Assembly: GCA_030141605.1 (NCBI GenBank)
Contig: JAQGDQ010000369.1
Coordinates: 167,092-231,091 of the forward strand
Origin: Tubiluchus corallicola
Lineage: Eukaryota > Animalia > Priapulida
Reading direction: 5' to 3'
Length of the DNA: 64,000 nt
Positions 1 through 48,315 of this stretch are shown one piece after another. A model generated the notes under the pieces. That model searched no databases, had not been told where the DNA came from, and saw only the letters and a list, made by a program, of their open reading frames with translations. How positions within the stretch are numbered: position 1 is the first letter of the stretch; each line of letters opens with the position of its first letter. A program made the translations under genes and the position numbers.

Positions 1-299
1 TACAGATATTTTACTAATATAATGTCCTTGCCTTTCTCCACTTTCATATTAACGGGTCAAATTTTCCAACACTAATATTTATGTGTATTGGAACTAGGAT
101 GGTTCCATATTTTCCTCAAGGTTGACTTTCTAAAGGAGTTTACTAAACGGACTGCTGACAGACGGTTCCTAGAATGATGTTTTTAGAGACATCTCATCTC
201 TCGCCTATACATTTAATATAGGGAATTCTCAGGTTCACTCTTTTGCAGATTATGTTGTAGGTGGACTCAACCCTGCACTGATATTAATCAATATCTGTC

Positions 300-1150
300 A
301 GAATCAGCACTGCTCATCACATATGATCAGAATTATCCTCGTTCAAAATATCAGAATAACTCCTGTCCAGAATAAGCCCTGCTCAATCACCCCTGCTCAG
401 AATCAGCCTTGTTCAGAATCAGCCTTGCTCAGGATCAGCCTGCTCTGAATCACCCCTGCTCAGAATCAACCTTGTTCAGAATCAGCCTTGCTCAGGATCA
501 GCCTGCTCTGAATCACCCCTGCTCAATCACCTCTGCTCAGAATCTGCCTTGCCCAGAATCAACCATGCTCAGAATAGCCTCTGCTCAGTCAGCTTTGCTC
601 AGAATCACCCCTGCTCAGAATCAACCTTGCTCAGAATCAGCGTTGCAGAGGATCAGCCTGCTCAGAATCAGCCTTGCTCAGGATCAGCCTGCTCTGAATC
701 AACCCTGCTCAGAATCACCCCTGCTCAGAATCAGCCTTGCTCAGAATCAACCTTGTTCTGAATCAACATTGCTCTGAATCAACCCTGCTCAGAATCAACC
801 TTGCTCAGAATCAACCCTGCTCAGAATCACCCCTGCTCAGAATCAACCCTGCTCAGAATCAGCCTTGCTCAGAATCAACCTTGCTCTGAATCAACCGTGC
901 TCAGAATCAACCTTGCTCAGAATCAACCTTGCTCAGAATCAACCTTGCTCCGAATATACCTTGCTCAGAATATACCCTGATCAGAATATATCCTGCTCAG
1001 AATCACCCCTGCTCAGAATCAACCTTGCTCAGAATATACCCTGCTCAGAATCACCCCTGCTCAGAATCAACCTTGCTCTGAATATACCCTGCTCAGAATC
1101 AACCTTGCTCTGAATATACCCTGCTCAGAATATACCTTGCTCTGAAATAA
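300..1150. repeat. Minisatellite, 16-nt unit (TCAGAATCAACCTTGC variants)
   Basis: About 50 degenerate tandem copies. Confidence 0.95.
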
Positions 1151-1199
1151 TCTGACAGGTCAAATATCGTTAAAAACTGTCATTAAAAAATCGTTGTCG

Positions 1200-1530
1200 A
1201 CACTTTACCAATTGGCACAAACATTTTAAATTATTATTTCTAGTTACATAACTCTTTCCAGCAGGTAAATGAAATGCTAAGTAATATAGATTTGCAGGGA
1301 AAGTTTTTTGGGTCGTGATTTAACATTATCTTTTTCTTTCTCTGATTACGTGGCGTAATGACGTCATGTAATGGCGCCGTCGGAACAGTATTGCGGGAGA
1401 TTTAAAATGAAAACGAACGAAAATTCCTTTCAACGCGAATACGATATGTGCACAAAATTGCTGTAAAGTAGTAAAAATTTTTAAGGCAATTTTTGTGAAA
1501 CCTACTTCAAGCGCCCCTTTTCTTGCCCTT
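1200..1530 (-). mobile_element. Kolobok-type MITE family A, partial inverted copy
   Basis: Reverse complement of about 4812-5140; ends TTTTCTTGCCCT-TTAA. Confidence 0.75.
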
Positions 1531-3018
1531 TAATTACCATGAATATATGTAACAATATTTTTCACTGTTCTAAATTATCTGCCATACCGCCTGCAGTGCT
1601 ATGCTCTTCTCTACCTCAACAACAGAAAAGCTTGACTTTCTGGTGAAACAAACAATTTAACATTTAAACATTTTGTGCAAATTTTTCTACAAACGTCCAG
1701 GGAAATCAAGCGAGACGTGTACAGTTTGTTTTAAGAATGGAGAAACCATTGCTCGTAGCTCATACACTAACGTGACAATTAAATGTATGACAAATTGATG
1801 CACTTGTACAATAGCTTACGACAAGTCAGTCATGTCAGATCAATAAACTTCTTAGTGCGGGGAAAGACAGCTCGGATCGTTTTTGTTGAGCTGCTGATGT
1901 ATGGACACAACAAACGCCATTTTCAATGTCCAGCATTACGCGCTTTTTCAAGCGGATTTCCGTTTTTATCGCTTGCAATGCAACTTAAGCAAGATGCAAC
2001 GTTTATTGAAATGCTGATGATTTTTGCTATAATAGGCTGATTTATCCTTTCAAACTTTCTCGCCACAGCAAGTAAAGCCCATTTCACACTGAAGGCGCGC
2101 GGCAAAGATTCTCGAGAAAAAAATCTTGGCGGAACTATTCGCGAAAACGGAACGCATTGCTTTCTATGGCGCATTTCACACAGCTGCCTCATGAGGAATT
2201 CCGTTGCCGGAGAACTATAGGGGCTATACCTCGGGAGGAAATTTGCCGCTCGGTAAATGGAATAGAACATTTTCCATGTTCATGAAGATTCCTTGTGGAA
2301 TTGACAGTAACATTTAACTGTTCAATTACAATGCTTTATCTTGTTTAACGAAGAATAATTAACATAATTCGGCTCATGTTATAATTATAACGCAATTATA
2401 AGCTTTTAATCCATCTTTTATCATGTACACGATTTTTTGTTTTATTGATGCAACAGCGATGCTTACATTCGTGAAAGTAAATAAATAACATAGACCTACA
2501 CATAATTATATACTCACAAAACGTGAAGTGGTTAGTGGGCACTTTCATAATGAGCAGATCTTCCATTGATAAATCCATTAATTAGAATTTATCTAAATGG
2601 CAAGCTGGAAAGGACTGAATGTTGAAGTCATCTGGACGCGCGGTTTCTGTCGACGAAAGTTTTTTTAAAAATTCCTGACGACAATTTCGTGCGTCATCAC
2701 TGTGAAATTGGCGCAAGACGCTGGTCACTCACAGTGTCGAGTGGCGAATGAACGAAGGTCCCGAAACATTCTAGAGCAGTTTTTAATGATTCGTCACCCA
2801 CAGAACCAACACCCTGACAGAGTGGGTTCGTACTATCTCAACTCTACCTTGCAGTAAGCACCTAAAGCTTTAGCATCAAAGCAACGAAATCTGTAAGCAG
2901 TGTACTCGTGTCGTGTTTAGGTCATTCTTTGATTTGGAGATTCCATAATCGGCTAAACTTTACATTTCCACACGCACAAGAAATTAGTTCGTGAAGCGGA
3001 TTAGGGACAGGGTTAGGG

Positions 3019-3705
3019 TAGGGTTTGCAGACGTCCTTCATATACGGGACATGTGCCATATTTGATAAATTTGTCCCCTATGTCCCGTATTTAATTCATT
3101 TTCAAATTTTGTAATAAAAATATATTTTTACTACCATCTTACGGTTCTTAGTTTTGTCTTTATACGTAATTGTACTTTTCTTTCTCAGATTCTCTTGATG
3201 AAAATAACCCAAATGTAACGAGGGACACTAGTGTTGCTAGATGTTTTTACAAAACAGACGTGTTTGCTGCTTGTTTACAACTTGTTCAGTTCCTATGGTT
3301 ACCGTTTTGAACTCCATCCCAAATAAATTTTTAGCTTATTTACTGTATTGCTTTTTCAAAAATTATTTTTCTTTACATTTTTACATTGTAAGAATTTTGC
3401 AATGATTTCACTTTCTTAGAATTTCTTTTAGTTATCTGCATTGCCTGTATTAAATAATTATAATACTTCTCGGTACTAAATAAATATTTTCAAATGATTT
3501 CACTTTTACAAATTTTCTTTAACTTGTATTAAATAATTTTCAAATGATTTCAAATCATAACACATTAACAACCTTGCTTTTAGTTTTTAAGTTATGTCTC
3601 TAGTGTTATATAATATATTGTCTGGGTGTGTGGTATGTATAAATTTATATATAGAGAGAGATTTTAAGTGTCTCGTATTTCTAATTTTCTAATCTGGCAA
3701 CCCTA
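3019..3705. mobile_element. hAT-type MITE nested in a TTAGGG-bearing element
   Basis: TIR TAGGGTTTGCAGA / TCTGGCAACCCTA; 8-bp TSD GGTTAGGG / GGTTATGG. Confidence 0.8.
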
Positions 3706-3916
3706 GGTTATGGTTAGGGTTAGGATTACGGCTAGGATCACACCCACATGATCCACTGGAAAACTGTCCCGACCCATGACCCACTGTCCCATTTCCTGCT
3801 TTGTTATTGCTACGAGCACTTACCATTAATTGTAACGTTGCATATGACCTTCACTATATATTTAATTTTATTGAAATAATTGCAATGAAATTAGACTTGC
3901 CTTAATAATCGACTTT

Positions 3917-3990
3917 CAGTTGAGTAGTTTAGTGGTCATGGCGTTAGATTCGTAATACAACAATCCCTGGTTCAAATCTAAGCTCACGCC
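3917..3990 (+). mobile_element. tRNA-derived SINE head, degenerate
   Basis: A-box-like TAGTTTAGTGG and B-box-like GGTTCAAATC; no cloverleaf. Confidence 0.45.
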
Positions 3991-4811
3991 AAAGGTTTAT
4001 TTGTCTGTCCGTTTGACAATAATAAAAATATGGTTATATATAAAACCATATATAAAACTCAGGCTGATATTTTCACATTTTTTTCGGTCAAGTTCAGTAT
4101 CAGGCTGCAATAATTGTGTGTTTATTTCATTATCATCATCAAAACTGTTGGCACTTACAAAATACAAAGTGGTTCTCATTTTTCTTTTCTCTCCTTTTTT
4201 TTCTTTCCCTTTCTTCTTTTCTTTAACCTTCAACTTTTTTCTTTTCGTTTCTCTTCAATGTTTTTCTTTTCAACCTTCAAATTTCTTTGCTAGCGTGTCT
4301 GATAAATAAATTCTGGATGCGAAGCAGTCCGGGTAAAACTAAAACTTAGTGCTGTCCCTATACTTTACAACGTGTATTGTTATCGCAGTGCATTCATAGC
4401 GACTGAAATAAATGAATAACGTAACCACGTTCTAGGAAATGGCAAATAATTTTGCAACAAAATTTCCACTGAGGTTGCATGCGACGTAAATTGCGTTATA
4501 GGTGAAAAATATGAGCGCGGCAAAACTGTAAACTTGCTTCAGGCTCGCGTTTCAGCGTGGATCAAAGTTACCGCAATGCACGCGTAGCTTTGAGGCGGCT
4601 AGAACAAGATGAAAATCAATTTCGTCTTTTTAACATTTTAAGATTGTAGTTACGTCATTAATTAGTTACGCGGAGTGATCTCGGATAGTTGTAATGCGTT
4701 TACTTAGCCGTACTAATGCGCTTGGTTAATGAAAGTGAGTAATTGGCACGTTGAAGGTGTCGTATTGAAGTTTATTTCTTAATAATTCAGGCCGCCAGCA
4801 GAGAAATTTAA

Positions 4812-5483
4812 AGAAAGGGGCACCTGAAGTAGGTTTCAGAAAAATCGCCTTAAAAATTACGTTACTTTATAGCAATTTTATGCGTATATCGTACTCGTGT
4901 TGAAAGGAATTTTGTTTGTTTTCATTTTAAACTTCCCGCGATACTGTACCGACCGCGTTATTACACGACGTCATATACGCACAACGTAAATCAGGGGAAG
5001 AAAATGCAATGTTAAACTATGTCCCAAAACCTTTCCGTGCAAAATTATATTACTTCGCATTTTGCTTACCCGCTGAAAGACTGGTGCAACTAGAAAAGAA
5101 AATTATCAATTATTTAAACTTCTTTCAGCAATTGGTAAAAAGTCATTGACTCACCAGGGTGCACCAGTCACTAACCAAAAACGTATTTTCAATCTTATTG
5201 ACAAGATATAGTAATTTCAAATTTTACTTAGTTAGTGACGTGTGTGCTACGAATGCTCTGATTATTTTTTTTCAAACTTTACACAATGTTATCTAAACAG
5301 GTTTCAAATGACCTGTCGTCAAAATGGCAGCGTCTAACGGCCATCGAGGGAGTTTAAATTTACATGTTTTATACAACGTAACAACCGATTGAAGTCATGC
5401 ATGCAAAAAAGCAGAAAGTATGTGGAATAAACTTTCAAGACGAATTTTTTAAGCTTTGTGTAAGTTGAGGGTTTTCTTGTGCT
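4812..5483 (+). mobile_element. Kolobok-type MITE family A
   Basis: TTAA flanks; ends ...TTTTCTTGTGCT; homologous to 28101-28719, 33240-33765 and 56690-56860. Confidence 0.78.
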
Positions 5484-6152
5484 TTAAGCTTGTTGCAGAG
5501 AAAACTGTAATTATGTAATATATGGGTCTTGGAATACCGCCATATGGCTTCATATTACACACTTGAGGTGCTGACGTCATATCTAGGTAGTTAAACAGCG
5601 CTTATAAATAATAAAACGCTCACAGGCATTAGTCTGATAATCAATTACTTTGTGTCACACGATCTGTAAGTTTACAATAATTAAGTGTTTGTCATGATTG
5701 CTTCTCACAACGTTGATTTTTTGTCATTTTTCCTCTGTGTTTTCATTTAGGAGGATTGTGGCGTCAACACGACCATAAATGGTGGAAACGTTGCAAATGT
5801 TAGTGTCCGAAAAAAACCATGTTTGCTGGTTGTTATTTTCATGTTAATAAAACGCAAGAGTACTAAAAGTTGAATTGGTCTATTACAGAGTGCAATGAAC
5901 AAATGATCACCATTTTCTAAAGCCCAATATAACATAAAAGTAAATGCAAAAACTCCAATCCAAAAATCGTGCAACGCAGATTTGAACTAGGGGCTTTTCA
6001 AATTCCAAGTTTTTAACACGTTAATTTAGACACTAATTATTAGACATTTCTCAGATAGCTAAATGTCTAGATTCTAGATTGAACTTCATATTTAATTTAA
6101 AAGACGATCTAGTGCGTATAACTATTTAAGAAGCAAACAAACGTGTAACTAC

Positions 6153-6154
<2 letters not shown>

Positions 6155-6233
<79 letters not shown>

Positions 6234-6310
6234 CCTCCCTCCCTCTCTCCCTCCCTCCCTACCTCCCTCCCTCCCTCCCTCTCTCTCTCTCTCTCTCCTC
6301 TCTCTCTCAC
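6155..6310. repeat. (CT)n/(CCCT)n microsatellite
   Basis: Read directly from the sequence. Confidence 0.98.
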
Positions 6311-7685
6311 TGCTCCCTCAATAAGCTAATTAATAAATTTAACTTAGTCATATACAGTAAAATCTTTTACAATAGTTACATGAACACGTCTGTTGCCCCA
6401 AAATTCGCTTCCTTTCTTCATTTTTATAGCCGCTTAATTTCGACTACTTAATTAACATTACGCAGAGTAATTCAGTTCATACCTGTGTCACGCTGTTAAT
6501 GTAATATTTCCAAGGCTGGTTTGGAAGTCTGTATCCTGTGTCGACGTGTGGCTCCCTGAACAACTTGGGTAAGTCTTCACTATTTAGCAGAGTTCCCCCG
6601 AGGATACTTTTCCCCATTGTGCAACTTATGACGCGCACTGAAACGTTAAAACATTTGAATTACTGATTCTACCTTTTTAATTTTTCGTTCCTAGCGGTTA
6701 GACAACTAAAATGGGGAAACTTTTAAGCACGGACCAGTCGGCCCATAATAGGGCTGACAGTACGCAGCAGAATGACTTACGTACGCAAAATGGTCCACGC
6801 TATCGCCTAGGAAACAACGTTGTCTATTGTTACGATTTTTAACTACGCGCTCGGGCTAGATCGTCCACTAATTATTGAATGAGATAACAGATTTCTGTAT
6901 GTTTCAACCAATTATTCACTCATCTCCAATGTAGAAATGATTTTCAAATAAAAATGTAGCGACAATAAACCTCGAGTGAAATGTACAGCAGAGCAACGTA
7001 ACTTTATAGACTCGCGCACTACACACGATGCTTTATTACGTAATATAATTATGAAACCATAAGTTCGTAAAGAAAAGAAGCCAAGCACCGCCAGCGCGTG
7101 ATTGTTAAACTACTATGCAACTTCCTCGTCGGACCATTCAACAATGGATCCATATAATCTAGCCGTCTTCTGCATGGATTCTGAGCCAACTTCGCTGTCT
7201 GCATTTATTGCAAATTAAAAACAAAAACTGAGAAAATTACGATAAAATACACACCATACCGAGAGCGAACTGGGCTTCATCGATGCTTGCCCGGCTCAGA
7301 GAGAGTGGCTGAATCGATTGATGAAGCTCGAGTGAGTGTTCATGCTGTATGACAAGCCTGCACGCTCATCACAATCAGACATTACCAGCAAGAGAGCAAT
7401 AACGCATTTACGCCTTTCTCCTACCCAATCTTGTTAACCAATTACGCTCATGAGACTAACAATTACCTTCATAGTTCCTTACTTACACTAGGCCACTCAG
7501 TGAAATGAAGCAAAATAACGACAGCTAAAACTAGGGATTGTATCCAATAATTTTAGGTTATGTAGGTTATAGTTACATTGAGTTATTATAATAGGTTTTC
7601 ATATTCAACGCTTCTCTGCGGTATGAGTGCCTGGAATACGATGAACCCGGGTTCGAGTCCTTTTGCGCGTTGCCTTCTTTTGGTT

Positions 7686-7844
7686 AGAGCTTACAATTCC
7701 CCACACACAATAATTTAGTTCGTGAAACGGATTAGGATTAGGTTTGGGTTAAGGTTAAGGTTAGAGTTACAGTGAGGCTTGGGTTGGGGTTAGGGTGAGG
7801 ATTAGGGATAAGGTATTTAAATTGTGTGGGGAATTGTGAACTCC
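7686..7844. mobile_element. Small MITE carrying degenerate (TTAGGG)n; relatives at 2955-3740 and 20560-20668 (inverted)
   Basis: TIR GAGCTTACAATTCCCCACACA / TGTGTGGGGAATTGTGAACTC; shared TTAGTTCGTGAA...GGATTAGG. Confidence 0.75.
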
Positions 7845-9720
7845 TTCCTTTTTTAATTTTTACAAGAGTTGTTTGGTTAGAGTTAATTAGATAACACAAG
7901 CTATTATCATCTGTTAATTGTCAACGGACTAAACGTTAAAAACAGTTTATCATAATTTTTTTAAATATATTAAATAATTTTAAATTATAAGTTTTTTCCA
8001 GGCTTATTTTCTGAACATTGAAATAAGCCTAACGTCCCAGAAGGCTTGTGACAATGAAAGAATTATCATTTCGGAAAAAGTAGTAAAGTTAAATATATTC
8101 GCAATAATAATGATAACACAAAAATTTAATGCAGGTGAACAATTTTTGTAACAATAGCTGAGGGGATGGGGAAGTAAGTTAGGCAACGCGAAGCCTTCTC
8201 AGTAAATGGATAGGTGGGTCAGGAAATTTTTTTAACTGGCAATTTCATCTAGTACAGTAGAGCTTTTTTGTGTACGCGGAATTTGATTGGTTAAGATTCC
8301 CAGCTATCTCTGATGGGTCACTGTGACTTTTTCATATTAAAATATTATATTTGATGAAGTATTATAATTATTTTGCTGTATTTTGTTTATGCTTTGCTAT
8401 TGAGCACTGAAGTGTGCCAAATTATAGAATGATAATGATGAGTATAATGGAGACGATGGAAATAAGTGCGTGCCCTAGTTTACTCAGATTTAATCTTATA
8501 GCCGTAGAAAGTAAGCAGCAAAATTTAATTCTGAACTATAGTAGCAAGCAAGAGTCCTTGAATTTCCTGTATTCCATATAGAAGCGTGTACTACAAATTA
8601 ACAAATTTTTGAGCTTATTCAAGTTATTTGTGATTCATAGGTGCGCTATTTAATTATATCAATGTATTTTATTCTTAATCAGATCATGCACCGATAGCCA
8701 TTACAGAGCTTGCGTAAGCTTTAGGCAAGCAGAATTCCTAAGATAAAAGAAATCCGTCCTCAAGACAAGTAAACACAGTAGGTAATCAGCAAAAGGCTAG
8801 GCACTGCTATGCTAGTAGCTTGTAACTTTTCACCACCACTGTATTCATGGTCGGCATTGAAAAGAACAGTTTTAGTCGCAGAGAAAGCGCTGAATACGTA
8901 TTGTAGGGTTTTAAGATCACGAAGATCTTTCGTACTGCCGTTTCATTTACACCACGAAAATCTGCGTAAAATTAAGTTCGTTAAATTTTTCTTGAATATT
9001 AATAAGTTACGATGTACAATGGTGAATAACTATTTACGAAAAAAGGCATTACTGTGACAGTTCGTTATTTTTTATTTTTCTAAAAACATCGTCTGACGTC
9101 ATTAAATTTTCCAGGGGTTGACTAGTGCAGTAGTGATAGTTACCGTCCGGTACGACGACTACTAATTCACATTAACATCCCAGTGAGTTTAAACAAACTT
9201 GAGCAAAAAGTGCAGGATTTACTTTGAGTAGGTAATCAACACTCAATATTGTTGAAGAATGAAGATTTGAAAACAAACAAAAGCGCAATTAGGAGTATAA
9301 ACCGACGTTAATTTTGGTAAAATGCAAAATAGATAAGCTGCTTATATCTTAAAGCATGAAACATATGTGATGATTCTTGCACTGTAAATTGGTTCTAATG
9401 TCTATCTGTAAAGCCTGTACGTTCTATCTGTGAAGCCTTGTGTTTCACTAACTAATCAACTTAACGTGAAGAGGTGTTTACAGCTGAATAATCCTCTTTG
9501 AATTTTTTTGAAGAGATTGTAAAATCATTCTAATTAATAGGTAACTATTAATAAACTCTAGGTAATTAAATAAACTAAACAAAATGCCCTTTGTATGCAG
9601 GACTTGTTTTGTGTTTAAATATTAATGAGTTTTGCCTTTTTCTTATATTTATTAAAATGTCTTTCTTTACCATCTACAGTATCGGTTATTGCCGAACTCC
9701 ATGCTTTCGTGACGTTAAAA

Positions 9721-46116
<36,396 letters not shown>

Positions 46117-47790
46117 TTTGACGACACTGAATTATTGCATCGTCTTTGTGTTATTTGTTTTTAATTTATACATGGTTTGTTTATTGTTTACTTGTTTGTT
46201 CTGGAGGATGATTATCCTCCCGTATTACACTGGATACTGGTGCAAATGATTTTTAGTCAAGTGTTAATAGACTGTACGTTGAAATACTGAAATTAGTTAG
46301 CCAGATTGTAAAGTACTACTTTTTACTGCAGTTTTGTTAAATAATGTTGCGAAAAGTCAAATGTTTGAACAAGTACAAAGGACACATGACAAAACATGAA
46401 GTTTCAGTTGTATTTCTTGCTGCTTTATAAACACACGTCTAGTCTTTGGCAAATACAGGTGATTATGAGTCTCCTCTTAGCGAAAAAGGAATACTATAAT
46501 AAAACGTTTCACAGTTTTGTTGTGTGCACGCTGAGTTGGTGTACGCTCAAAGGTTAAGTGTACCACAGCAATGCATCTTAACTACCACCGTCACGTGATG
46601 TGTGGGTAAAACAAAGCCATCTGCCTCATCAGTTTAGCAACGTGAGTTGTTTTACGTGGACTTTACTTGATTATGGATTAGACTGCGTAGAGTAATTTAC
46701 TAGCAGACCTTGCTTGGAAACAAGAAAACATTAACTAGGTAAGGTTCTAGCTAGCTGTTAAAACTGCTAATATTACAACAGCATGGGCTGCGAGGCATTG
46801 TCTGGTACACTTAAGCTTTGATCTTTTCACGATCATCATCAATCAATAATAATGAAGTCTTGACATGACATACATTTATGAAAAATGGTGTATATAGATT
46901 CTTAATTATTTATGTATGGCATGCGGGCTTAGCTACTAAATAGTTGTTTTTTCGTCATCCATGCCTGGATAAATCTGAAGTTTCAACTCGGGAATTGAAC
47001 CAGAGACCTGTAGAATTCCAGATACTTGTGCTGACAGATGCAGATTTTTCTGCATCAAACAGATGCGAGCTGGTAGTACTTCACCGTGTTGATAGAAGCC
47101 ACCGTGTTCTATATAATAACTTTATTAGCATTGTTTACATACTGGTGGTGCCACCTGGAAAAATTAGTATTGAGCTAACAGACGATAGAGTACCTTTAAT
47201 ATCATTAGTTTATTTCAGGCAGGTCGCTCACAGGTATGACTGCATCATAGCTAAAATGGTTGACGCCACAATAATTTGATTTTAAAGCTGACAATATCAT
47301 AGATAATTGTGATATTTCTAAATGCAGTTTTCATCTAACTGTGACATGTGACGTTTGTTTTCGCTACAAAAATTATTAAGAAATACAGTTAATGCAGTGT
47401 ATAACATTGTGATCAACCAACTTGATTGATAATAGTACTGAGTTAGTTTGCTGTTGAATCTTATTACTGTTAGTGGCATAGATGTAGTAAATCATACCAT
47501 GTAGAAAAGATTGTGTTTGCAACTTCGTGTTTGTTGTTGAAAATTTTAGAGACTAAATTTTGCTGTAAATACCTGAATGGTTTGTTTACCTAAAATTGAG
47601 CTACTTTAACAGGGACTTAAATAATAATAATAATAATAGTGTGATAGCAGCAAGTTGTTTTTAATAATGCTATTTAAGGTTAAGTAAGCGTTTTTAGTGA
47701 TATGTGCTTTTTTGTGTGACAATTTCTAGAATTTTGCACTTGACCTTTTAATGTTGTATTGTATTATGTCTCGCCTGCGTATAATCACAG

Positions 47791-48315
47791 CAGTGGCGGC
47801 TCATAGCTAAAATTAGTGGGGGTGCTGCAAAATTAAAAAATTTTTAGCCATTGTTTTAATACTGTGTATAACGAAACCAACATATATAGTTATAATGTTG
47901 TAATTGTAATTTTAAGTAAACAAACTAATTTAAACATAACGTTGATAAACTCCTAAACAAAAATATCGTTTTCTTATGAATAGCCTAAATTGTCGCAGCT
48001 CAATAATATGCTGATACACGGCTTATAAGCACGTGACAACTGACAACACGTACTACAGTGAGCGACAGTACTCTTTCTACCTAATGTACAGCGTCTTATC
48101 TCAGACATGTGAACCTGGCCGCATGCGCACAACAGCTAAACACTGCATTGCTTGAGCTGTGAAGCCAATTGTACTTTCCTCACATGCTCCGGTTCCACAC
48201 AAGTATAAAGAAAGATCTAAAGGAAAAAAGATTATTCTATTGAATATTTTCGATAATAACGAGTGAAAACAGGGGGTGCTGCAGTACCACAGTACCTATA
48301 CACGAGCCGCCACTG
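47791..48315. mobile_element. hAT-type MITE downstream of the FAK stop codon
   Basis: CAGTGGCGGCTC ... GAGCCGCCACTG; TSD AATCACAG / AATCTCAG. Confidence 0.87.

Noticed and set aside
409-1113. Repetitive ORFs (PCSESTLLRI...)
   Set aside because: Translation of a 16-nt minisatellite, which is not a multiple of 3; no splice or domain support.
1783-2270. Overlapping 85-aa and 115-aa ORFs in a CpG-richer stretch
   Set aside because: No recognisable domain or splice context; probably an unclassified repeat.
7615-7665. tRNA-like B-box GGTTCGAGTCC (similar at 3969, 25531, 46980 and 52580)
   Set aside because: No complete cloverleaf; best read as decayed SINE heads rather than tRNA genes.
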